DNA of 32,000 nt from positions 930,001-962,000 of the forward strand of contig NC_006624.1 of assembly GCF_000009965.1 (NCBI RefSeq). The letters run 5' to 3'. Under the pieces are notes generated by a model, which worked only from the letters and a program-made list of their open reading frames with translations, was not told the origin of the DNA and did not search any database. The stretch comes from Thermococcus kodakarensis KOD1. GTDB lineage: Archaea; Methanobacteriota_B; Thermococci; Thermococcales; Thermococcaceae. Shown here in pieces: positions 1 to 6,931 of the stretch; the first letter of the stretch is position 1, and every line of letters begins with the position of its first letter. The translations under genes and the position numbers were made by a program.

Positions 1-417
1 AACCAGCCCGACCAGGGGGACGTTCCTGTACTCTATTTTGCCCTTCTCCATTTCACAGTCTCCTTTCTTTGAGCGGAGCATTGCGACTGCGAGATACAAG
101 AGAAGCACTCCAAAAACAACCCTCAAAAGTCGTTCAGGGAGATGTGAAGAAAGATAAGCGCCTAGGATAGCGGAGGGGATGGAAAACATCTCCTTGAGGA
201 GAACGACTCGGTAAAGAACCCTTCCACTCCTAAGGTGAGTGTAAGCCGAGGCCAGAGCACTTATGGAGATGCAGGCCAGGCTCGTACCTATTGCCTTGTG
301 GATTGGAACGCCGAGGATTACCAGGGAGGGCACCAGGAGGAAGCCCCCACCAACACCGAAAAGTCCAGCGACAAAGCCTATCACAAGCCCCAGGATCAAA
401 TAAGTAATCAAACCCAC
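1..417 (-). CDS. TauE/SafE-family membrane transporter (sulfite-exporter family); N-terminal part only, runs off the window start
   Basis: My own minus-strand translation from GTG at 417 gives MGLITYLILGLVIGFVAGLFGVGGGFLLVPSLVILGVPIHKAIGTSLACISISALA... It is hydrophobic and helical, has the GxGGGxxxxP signature, and stays open for 139 codons to position 1. It is missing from the ORF track because it is truncated. Confidence 0.6.
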   Translation of the reverse strand, partial: MGLITYLILGLVIGFVAGLFGVGGGFLLVPSLVILGVPIHKAIGTSLACISISALASAYTHLRSGRVLYRVVLLKEMFSIPSAILGAYLSSHLPERLLRVVFGVLLLYLAVAMLRSKKGDCEMEKGKIEYRNVPLVGLV

Positions 418-424
418 TTTTCTG

Positions 425-958
425 TTACCCCCCGCGATATTTTAGCACTACAAACCCCCTGTAATCCATGACCTTAACGAAGCCCCTCCTGAGGTAGTAC
501 TCGTAGGCCTCAAGGTTGGGGAACGTTATGATGTACGGATCCTTTCCGAGGTTTTTAAGTCTCTCTATTGCGAAGCCCAAAAGCTTTGAACCGTAGCCCT
601 TTCCCTTGTAATCAGGGTGAACCATAAAGAACTCAATGAGGCCCGTCTTTTCGTCCTTTATCTCCTCAGGTACCCACCATACGTCTTTGCCTTCAAGGTT
701 GTAAACGAGGGCAACGGTTCCCGCGATCTTTCCATCGTTATCCCTGAGAACGTAGAGCTCGTCGAATTCCTTTCCGAGCCTGAACTCAAGGAATGGTTCA
801 TAAACCTTCTTAAAGCCATCAAAATCGTCGGGAGAAGGCTTATTTTCCACCCATTCAAGGGCCGGATAGGCCCCATTTGTTGACTGGTAAACCCTGAAGA
901 CGAACTTCAGGAGCTCGTCCTTGAGGGAGAGCGGGTTTTTGACCCTTTCAATTCTCAT
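425..958 (-). CDS. GNAT-family N-acetyltransferase
   Basis: 177-aa ORF. Its core, ...GLIEFFMVHPDYKGKGYGSKLLGFAIERLK..., matches the GNAT acetyl-CoA motif A (Q/RxxGxG/A-like KGKGYG). It lies 7 nt upstream of, and on the same strand as, the TauE-like gene. Confidence 0.8.
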   Translation of the reverse strand: MRIERVKNPLSLKDELLKFVFRVYQSTNGAYPALEWVENKPSPDDFDGFKKVYEPFLEFRLGKEFDELYVLRDNDGKIAGTVALVYNLEGKDVWWVPEEIKDEKTGLIEFFMVHPDYKGKGYGSKLLGFAIERLKNLGKDPYIITFPNLEAYEYYLRRGFVKVMDYRGFVVLKYRGG

Positions 959-1056
959 GGTATCACCTCTGCCATTTTCGCACTACTTTAAAAGAGGCTT
1001 TTGGTTCGAAGGGAAAGCTTAAATATTAGGAAAACCTAACTAATCTGGTGATAACC

Positions 1057-1521
1057 ATGAACTATCTGGAGATAAAAGTGCTCGATGAGAACGGTGAGGG
1101 GAAGCCCCTGAAGGACTTCGTCCTCGGAAGGTGGACGGTTCTCTACTTCTACCCAAAGGACAACACTCCCGGCTGCACCACAGAGGCAAAGGAGTTCAGC
1201 GAGCTCATTGAAGAGTTTGAAAAGCTCGGCGTCCAAGTCATCGGTGTCTCCCGTGATTCCCCCGGGAGCCACAGGAAGTTTAGGGAGAAGCATAACCTCA
1301 AGGTCAAGCTCCTGAGCGACCCGAACGCAGAGCTACATAAGGCACTCGGAGCTTGGGGCAAGAAGAAGAGGTATGGGAAGGAGTACGAGGGGGCGATAAG
1401 GAGCACATTCATTCTAAATCCAGAAGGAGAGATCGTCTGGAAGAAAATAAACGTGAGGGCAAAAGGACACGCGGCCAAGGTTCTCGAAGAAGTCAAAAAG
1501 CTAATAGGGAGTGAGGAGTAA
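1057..1521 (+). CDS. bcp: Peroxiredoxin Q / Bcp thiol peroxidase
   Basis: ...VLYFYPKDNTPGCTTEAKEFS... carries the peroxidatic Cys in the PxxxTPGCT motif typical of Bcp/PrxQ. ATG at 1057 is preferred over the track's GTG at 1048. A TATA-like TTAAATATT sits at about 1018-1027. Confidence 0.9.
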   Translation: MNYLEIKVLDENGEGKPLKDFVLGRWTVLYFYPKDNTPGCTTEAKEFSELIEEFEKLGVQVIGVSRDSPGSHRKFREKHNLKVKLLSDPNAELHKALGAWGKKKRYGKEYEGAIRSTFILNPEGEIVWKKINVRAKGHAAKVLEEVKKLIGSEE

Positions 1522-1538
1522 AGTAAGGTGGTGATATC

Positions 1539-2015
1539 ATGAACGAGCTTGAAGCCCTAGCCCTGGCCCTTGAGGTCGAGAAGAACGAGCTTAAGTTCTA
1601 CCTGAAGCTCGCAAGAAAAACAACCGATGAGAGGGCCAGAAAGATGTTCCTCTTTCTGGCGAAGGAAGAGGCCGAGCACTGGGACCTCTTTGAGGAGAAG
1701 TTCGTTGAGAGGCTCATTGAGAAGTGCGAACTCCCTCCTGTGGACAAAGAGCTCGCCCAAAAGCTGATCGTCGAGGAGCCCGAGACCCTCAGCGAGGTCG
1801 AGGCAGTGAAGATCGGCATGGAACAGGAGAAGCTCACCTGGGAGTTCTACGAGAAGGCCGCGAAGGAGGCCGAACACGAGAGCGTCAGGAGACTCTTTGA
1901 AGAGCTGGCCAAGGTGGAGAAGGGCCACTACGAGCTTCTGAAGGCCCAGTACGACTCTGTCATGCAGACGGGCATATGGATGGACTACCAGGACTTCAGC
2001 CTTGAGGTGGACTGA
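1539..2015 (+). CDS. Rubrerythrin-like diiron four-helix-bundle protein (ferritin superfamily, no rubredoxin domain)
   Basis: 158 aa with two E...ExxH pairs: EVEKNELKFY / AKEEAEHW and MEQEKLTWEFY / KVEKGHY. It starts 17 nt after bcp on the same strand. Confidence 0.8.
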   Translation: MNELEALALALEVEKNELKFYLKLARKTTDERARKMFLFLAKEEAEHWDLFEEKFVERLIEKCELPPVDKELAQKLIVEEPETLSEVEAVKIGMEQEKLTWEFYEKAAKEAEHESVRRLFEELAKVEKGHYELLKAQYDSVMQTGIWMDYQDFSLEVD

Positions 2016-2016
2016 T

Positions 2017-2396
2017 CTATCTTTCAACGAGCACGTTAACGAGCTTTACTTCTTTTCCCAGCTTCCTTTTTAGTGCCTCAATGATCTCGGGGTCGTTAAC
2101 GTCGATGACCCTTTCATCCTCGATGATGTTTATGTGGGGTTCCGTGTTGATTTCAACTCTCGTTTCTCCCCCAACGGAGAACAGCTCAACAAGACCGAGT
2201 TCTTTAAGGGTTAGGATATTGGAATAAAGCGTTGAGAAGCTAACGGTCGGAAAATCCTCTCTAATTCTCTCAAGAAGGTGTTAAGCGAGGGATGCTCGCT
2301 TCCAATCTCGTTTAAGACTTCAATCAGCTTCAACCTCTGGGGCGTCATCTTGTAGCCCTTCTTCCGAAGCATTTCAACGGCTTTTTCCTTCCACAT
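2017..2396 (-). pseudogene. fur: Fur-family metal regulator disrupted by a 1-nt frameshift
   Basis: From ATG 2396 the frame reads MWKEKAVEMLRKKGYKMTPQRLKLIEVLNEIGSEHPSL..., then drifts to a stop at 2211. A second frame continues as HLLERIREDFPTVSFSTLYSNILTLKELGLVELFSVGGETRVEINTEPHINIIEDERVIDVNDPEIIEALKRKLGKEVKLVNVLVER and stops at 2017-2019. The span is 380 nt (3n+2), consistent with one missing base near 2278-2285. Confidence 0.8.
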
Positions 2397-2436
2397 GTTT
2401 GGGGGATATGCCCCTCCAGTTTATAAGCCTTCCTAA

Positions 2437-2453
2437 TTAGAAATTATTTCTAA
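2437..2453. promoter_or_regulatory. Perfect 8-1-8 palindrome TTAGAAAT-T-ATTTCTAA between the divergent fur and dpsL promoters (candidate operator)
   Basis: Read directly from the sequence. The right arm overlaps the AT-rich TATA-like element (TTTCTAAATA), whose centre lies about 29 nt upstream of dpsL ATG 2480. The fur TATA (TTATAAA on the minus strand, 2420-2426) lies 10 bp to the left. Confidence 0.5.
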
Positions 2454-2479
2454 ATAGAAAAGTTTATCTGGTGAAACCA

Positions 2480-3031
2480 ATGTCAGAACACAACAGAAGG
2501 CTCGTCGAGAAGGCAGGCATAGATGTGGAGAAGCTTTTGGACATGCTTCTGAGGGCGGCCGCGGCGGAGTTTACAACATACTACTATTACACCGTCATGA
2601 GAAATCACGCGACCGGTCTTGAAGGAGAGACCATAAAGGAGATCGTTGAGGACGCTCGTCTTGAGGACAGAAACCACTTCGAGGCCCTCGTTCCAAGAAT
2701 ATACGAACTCGGCGGAGAACTTCCGAGAGACATCGTGAACTTCTCGAAGATGGCCTGGTGCTGCGATGCCTACCTTCCCGAGGAGCCGACGATTGAGAAC
2801 GTCCTGAAGGTTCTTCTTGAGGCTGAGAGGTGCGCCGTTGGGGTTTATACAGAGATATGCAACTATACATTCGACAAAGACCCAAGAACCTACGACCTGG
2901 CTCTGGCGATCCTCCACGAGGAGATAGAGCACGAGGCATGGTTTGAGGAGCTTTTGACCGGGAAGCCGAGCGGCCACTTCAGGAGAAGCAAGCCCGGAGA
3001 AAGCCCCTACGTATCCAAGTTCTTGAGGTAA
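2480..3031 (+). CDS. Dps-like (DPSL) ferritin-superfamily protein
   Basis: [38 protein letters not shown]...[15 protein letters not shown]. The diiron ExxH motifs and overall sequence match my recollection of the archaeal Dps-like proteins of Sulfolobus and Pyrococcus. ATG 2480 is preferred to the track's GTG 2471. Confidence 0.88.
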   Translation: MSEHNRRLVEKAGIDVEKLLDMLLRAAAAEFTTYYYYTVMRNHATGLEGETIKEIVEDARLEDRNHFEALVPRIYELGGELPRDIVNFSKMAWCCDAYLPEEPTIENVLKVLLEAERCAVGVYTEICNYTFDKDPRTYDLALAILHEEIEHEAWFEELLTGKPSGHFRRSKPGESPYVSKFLR

Positions 3032-3072
3032 AGGGTTATTAAGTCTGAGCTCGATATTTGTGTGGTGGTACC

Positions 3073-3375
3073 ATGCTCGCGAAATACCCATTTGAACTCC
3101 CGAAGGACAGGCCCCTTACAAAGAGGGAGATAGCCCAGGCCCTCCGCTGGGCAATCGAGGCCGAACTCGACGCCATAAACATCTACGAACAGCTTGCTGC
3201 TGGAATTGAGGACGAGAAAATAAAGCATATCTTCCTCGATGTGGCAAACGAGGAGAAAGAGCACTTTGGGGAGTTCCTCGCGGCTCTCTTCGAGGTTGAC
3301 GAGGAGCTGGCCAAGTACATGAAAGAGGGCTTCAAGGAAGTTGAGGAGGAGACCGGGATAAAGGTCAAGCTCTGA
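3073..3375 (+). CDS. Stand-alone encapsulated-ferritin-like (EncFtn-type) small ferritin-like protein
   Basis: 100 aa from ATG 3073: MLAKYPFELPKDRPLTKREIAQALRWAIEAELDAINIYEQLAAGIEDEKIKHIFLDVANEEKEHFGEFLAALF... It carries E31, Y38 and E61-x-x-H64 with EncFtn-like spacing. It starts 41 nt after dpsL on the same strand, with no intervening AT-rich promoter. Confidence 0.7.
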   Translation: MLAKYPFELPKDRPLTKREIAQALRWAIEAELDAINIYEQLAAGIEDEKIKHIFLDVANEEKEHFGEFLAALFEVDEELAKYMKEGFKEVEEETGIKVKL

Positions 3376-3394
3376 CCCTGCCGGTTTCTCAACG

Positions 3395-3410
3395 TTTTTT
3401 GTTTTGATTT
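3395..3410 (+). terminator. Oligo-T archaeal terminator after the dpsL/EncFtn-like pair
   Basis: TTTTTTGTTTTGATTT begins 20 nt after the stop at 3375. Confidence 0.5.
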
Positions 3411-3540
3411 CATATTCTTGTTAAACACGCCTATGAGACTGAAAAGAAGGCCCCCTCCAGCTACACAGACGGTCTTGCTAGGATACGGGGCCAAGGACTC
3501 CGGTACACCAAGGTCGAGGAGATAGTCGGCAGGATAGCAA

Positions 3541-3849
3541 TTGACACCATCATCCACAAGCACCTCATGGAGGCCCATCCTCAACGCCCAGAAGGAGCTT
3601 GAGAAGCTTGCTGGTGAGGGTCCCATTGAGGAAGTTAAAGATGTTGAGCTTTCTCCGGAGCAGAAGGCCCTTGTGAAGCGCTTCGCCGAGATGCACCTTG
3701 AGATAGAGAAGGACATGATACAGACTTACCAGAAGATGGCCGTGAAGATGACCCACCCGCCCTTCAAGGGCCTGGCTGAGGCCATAGTGGAAAACGAGAG
3801 GGAGCACCATAGGCTCCTGGCGGAGCTGATAGCTAAGTACAAGGAGTGA
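3541..3849 (+). CDS. Ferritin-like helical protein, probably the 3' part of a frameshifted gene (see finding)
   Basis: The ORF begins only at TTG and ends ...GLAEAIVENEREHHRLLAELIAKYKE, which contains an ExxH-type helix. Coding-like sequence continues upstream in another frame (...YTKVEEIVGRIAIDTIIHKHLMEA, 3408-3575). Confidence 0.45.
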   Translation: MTPSSTSTSWRPILNAQKELEKLAGEGPIEEVKDVELSPEQKALVKRFAEMHLEIEKDMIQTYQKMAVKMTHPPFKGLAEAIVENEREHHRLLAELIAKYKE

Positions 3850-3863
3850 ATTTAGCAGGACAT

Positions 3864-4337
3864 TTATTTTTCTTTCAGCTCTTTGAGTATTTCAAACTCG
3901 CCCTTTAACCGCTCGTAGTGAGAACCTTCCACGGCCGCGAGGCTCAGGTAGACTTTTTTGAGCTCTTCCCTTTTCTCTTCCTCTGCAAGGCGCTCGTATA
4001 TCCTCTTCGCCAGCAGTTCACTCTCCATTGCAAGCTGGAGCACTTCAAAAACGTCTTCAGCTCTCTCAAATTTCTCCAGGAGCGGTGCGACCTCGATAGG
4101 TGGAATATCGGGTGGAGTGGGCTCTTCCCCGTAATTCCGGAGGAACATCTTTCTGAGCGTGTCTCCGTGCTCTTTAGACTCCTTTGAGAGGCAGATGAAT
4201 GTCTCAATGAGGGATTCCGAAAGGCCGAGTTCTCTTGCCCTCCGGACCAGCTCTCTGTACATGTCGGCCTCATCGTACTCCCCCTTGATCCAGTAGGCCA
4301 GAAGTGACTTCTCGTCCAGCTTTTTAAGTTCGTGCAT
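3864..4337 (-). CDS. Rubrerythrin-like diiron four-helix-bundle protein (second paralogue)
   Basis: 157 aa with the same architecture as 1539-2015: GEYDEADMY / SKESKEHG and AMESELLAKRIY / AAVEGSHY. There is no in-frame start upstream of ATG 4337; I checked back to a TAA. Confidence 0.75.
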   Translation of the reverse strand: MHELKKLDEKSLLAYWIKGEYDEADMYRELVRRARELGLSESLIETFICLSKESKEHGDTLRKMFLRNYGEEPTPPDIPPIEVAPLLEKFERAEDVFEVLQLAMESELLAKRIYERLAEEEKREELKKVYLSLAAVEGSHYERLKGEFEILKELKEK

Positions 4338-4511
4338 TATTGACTCAAGGTCGTTGGGGCTAAAGGCTCCACCCCCAATGCTACCACCTTTGGGAGTTTG
4401 TTTCTTCTGACTTTAACTTTTCCGTTTCCGTTCGAAGAACTGACTAACAATGATTTAAGTCATGAGCAAGCGTTAAATAACACAAACGCAAATTATTGGA
4501 GGTGATCAGTG

Positions 4512-5324
4512 ATGTTTGACCTTGATAAGCCGCTCCCCTACGTGGGAGTGAAGCCGGTTCAGGTGATAACTGCGATAGCAGTACTGATAGTGGGCTACAT
4601 CGTGGCAAAGATCGTCGTCAGCATGTTCAAGAAGGGCCTGAAGAAGACGAAGCTCCCTGCGCTCGTCGTGGAGTTCCTCGCGAGGTTCCTAAGTGCCCTC
4701 CTCTACGTGGCAGTGATACTGCTGGCCGTGAGGGCGCTGGGCATCGAAGTCGGTTCAGTGGTTATCGGCCTGTCGGCGGTCATAGGCCTGATCTTGGGCT
4801 TCGGTATGCAGGACACGCTAACAAACCTGGCAGCCGGGGTCTGGATTGCAGCCCTCAGACCGATTGACATGGGTGAGGTCGTTGAGGTAGCTGGAAAGGT
4901 AGGTAAGGTCAACGCCGTCGGCATAATGAGCACTGAACTCTTAACTCCCGACAACGTGCTCATAACGATCCCCAACAAGCTCGTCTGGGGCAACGTAATA
5001 ACCAACTACACCAGGATGCCAACTAGAAGGGTTGACGTCAACGTCGGCGTCGCCTACGGAACGGACCTCGACAAGGCCATTAAGATCGCCATGGACCTCA
5101 TGCAGAACCACCCGAAGGTTCTCAAAGACCCGGCTCCGACGGTGGTTATAACTGAGCTCGCAGACTCGTCAATAAACCTCCAGCTCAGGGCGTGGGCTAA
5201 GACCGAAGACTACTGGACGGTTAAAGGCGACCTCACCAAGGGCATCTACGAGGCCTACATGAAGGAGGGCATCGAGATACCGTTCCCGCAGATGGACGTC
5301 CACATCAAGGAGATGCCGAAGTAA
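4512..5324 (+). CDS. Small-conductance mechanosensitive channel (MscS family)
   Basis: Three N-terminal TM helices are followed by the MscS beta-domain signature ...GEVVEVAGKVGKVNAVGIMSTELLTPDNVLITIPNKLVWGNVITNY... The Shine-Dalgarno sequence GGAGGTGA lies at 4499-4506. Confidence 0.88.
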   Translation: MFDLDKPLPYVGVKPVQVITAIAVLIVGYIVAKIVVSMFKKGLKKTKLPALVVEFLARFLSALLYVAVILLAVRALGIEVGSVVIGLSAVIGLILGFGMQDTLTNLAAGVWIAALRPIDMGEVVEVAGKVGKVNAVGIMSTELLTPDNVLITIPNKLVWGNVITNYTRMPTRRVDVNVGVAYGTDLDKAIKIAMDLMQNHPKVLKDPAPTVVITELADSSINLQLRAWAKTEDYWTVKGDLTKGIYEAYMKEGIEIPFPQMDVHIKEMPK

Positions 5325-5337
5325 AGCTTTAATTAGA

Positions 5338-5354
5338 TTTTTCTCTTTTTGTTT
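5338..5354 (+). terminator. Oligo-T terminator after mscS
   Basis: TTTTTCTCTTTTTGTTT begins 14 nt after the stop. Confidence 0.45.
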
Positions 5355-5457
5355 ATTCAAAACTTCAACCTTGTCGAAGTTTTTAAAAGGGACATTCGTT
5401 TAAGAGCCACGAAACACAAAGAGAGCACCTCCAAAGAGGAGAAGAACGAGAAACCTC

Positions 5458-6609
5458 TCAGAAGAACTTCCCGAACATGTACTGTGGAATCGGGCACTGG
5501 ACTATCCTTCTCGACCAGAGGCAGTCGGCACAGCTCGGCTCGTTGCCCCAGCAGTCTATATCGGTCGTCTTGACGAAGTCGCAAGCTTCCCTTAGGTCAC
5601 AGTCGGTGCAGGAGGGGTACATGTAGTTCTTCATCGTGAAGCGGAACCATGTGTACTTCTCGCTCGTCCAGATGTCGGCTAAACTCTGCTCCTTGACGTT
5701 GCCGAAGGAGTAGGCGTTGACCTTCTTCTCCCTGCCGAAGATGTACTCCTTATAGGTGTGGAGGAAGCGGTAGCAGGGAGCAACCTCACCGTCCCACCTG
5801 ACAACTGCGACGTTGTTCTCGTCGAAGTCGCACTGTCTCTCCGTCCTGAGTTCGAACTTTGGTAGCTTTATGTAGAGACCGTTGTGGGCGATCTTGTACA
5901 GCTCGTCCAGTATGGGCGTCATATCAACGCTCCCATCATAGACTATGTCATCGACCTGTTCCGGGGTGAGCGGGAGCAGGTTCGAGACGAGCATGGCATC
6001 GACCTTCATATCGAGCAGAAACTTAGCCATCTCAGGAAGCTGTTGGTAGTTCTCCTTTGTAACCACGACCTCGACGCCTATGCTCGGCCTATGGGTTCCG
6101 TACTCCTCGCGGTACCTTACGAGCTTTCTTATTTTATCCGCTGTCACGGCGGACGTTATGTGACCGAGGGTTATGGCGTTCTGGGCAGTTGGAACCGTGT
6201 CCATGGAGAAGTAAATTAGGTCAACCCCAAGCTTCGCGAACTCCCTCATCATTTCATCGGTGAGAAGGGTCCCGTTGGTGCTTATCCCAAGGGCGAAGCC
6301 GCGCCTCTTGACTTCCCTGACCATGTCCATAAAGCGTGGATGAACCGTTGGCTCACCAATGCCGCCGAAGTAAATCATTCTAAGCTCGGGGAAAGCCTCA
6401 GCGTCGTCGAGTATCTTCAGGAAGAGATTCCAGTCCATATCTCCTTCAGTGTCCTCCCAGTACTGCTTGAAGCACATCTCACACTTCAGGTTGCAGCGGC
6501 TGGTGATCTCTACGTAGAGATACTTCATGTCGAGCTTCGGCTTAACTATGACCTTCCCGTCCCAGAGGGTAAAGGTGTACTCCTTGTTTGGAGCGAACTT
6601 TATTGCCAC
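5458..6609 (-). CDS. cmo: Radical SAM / SPASM-type protein (AOR cofactor-modifying protein Cmo-like)
   Basis: The CNLKCEMC (Cx3Cx2C) cluster motif lies near the N-terminus, and there is a Cys-rich C-terminal region (CDFDEN...CTDCDLREACDF...CADCLW...QCP). It is the last gene of the aor operon, as I recall for Pyrococcus. Confidence 0.8.
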   Translation of the reverse strand: MAIKFAPNKEYTFTLWDGKVIVKPKLDMKYLYVEITSRCNLKCEMCFKQYWEDTEGDMDWNLFLKILDDAEAFPELRMIYFGGIGEPTVHPRFMDMVREVKRRGFALGISTNGTLLTDEMMREFAKLGVDLIYFSMDTVPTAQNAITLGHITSAVTADKIRKLVRYREEYGTHRPSIGVEVVVTKENYQQLPEMAKFLLDMKVDAMLVSNLLPLTPEQVDDIVYDGSVDMTPILDELYKIAHNGLYIKLPKFELRTERQCDFDENNVAVVRWDGEVAPCYRFLHTYKEYIFGREKKVNAYSFGNVKEQSLADIWTSEKYTWFRFTMKNYMYPSCTDCDLREACDFVKTTDIDCWGNEPSCADCLWSRRIVQCPIPQYMFGKFF

Positions 6610-6610
6610 C

Positions 6611-6889
6611 TCAACCGCCTCCCGCCGGCGGGAATATGCTTACGGTGTCGTCTTCCTTCAAAGGAGTGTCGAGACCCTGAAGGTGCTCGATGTTCTTTCC
6701 GTTGACGAGGATTATGTAGCCTTGTTCAAGCTCTTTCTTGAACCCCGGGAACATTCTGTCAAGTTCATTGAGAAGCTCTCTCACCGTCTTCGGGCCGCTT
6801 ATTTCAAGCTTTCTCTTTCCAGTGAACTCGATGAGGGTCGCGAACAGCTTAACCAGCACGTGAACCACCTTAAAGCGAGTTCTCAACAT
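6611..6889 (-). CDS. MoaD/ThiS/SAMP-type ubiquitin-fold protein
   Basis: ...VKLFATLIEFTGKRKLEI...GYIILVNGKNIEHLQGLDTPLKEDDTVSIFPPAGGG ends in a Gly-Gly C-terminus. The true start may be internal, because the N-terminal approximately 12 aa look atypical. Confidence 0.75.
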   Translation of the reverse strand: MLRTRFKVVHVLVKLFATLIEFTGKRKLEISGPKTVRELLNELDRMFPGFKKELEQGYIILVNGKNIEHLQGLDTPLKEDDTVSIFPPAGGG

Positions 6890-6931
6890 AGGGACATAAA
6901 AGAGTTATTGGACAAAAATGTGAAAATGAAA

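Noticed and set aside
235-471. 78-aa plus-strand ORF
   Set aside because: It is antisense to the TauE/SafE-like membrane gene, whose minus-strand translation has a clear family signature.
3183-3716. 177-aa Ser-rich minus-strand ORF
   Set aside because: It is the antisense image of the Glu/Lys-rich ferritin-like genes. It also spans the oligo-T terminator and an intergenic region, so it is not credible as a gene.
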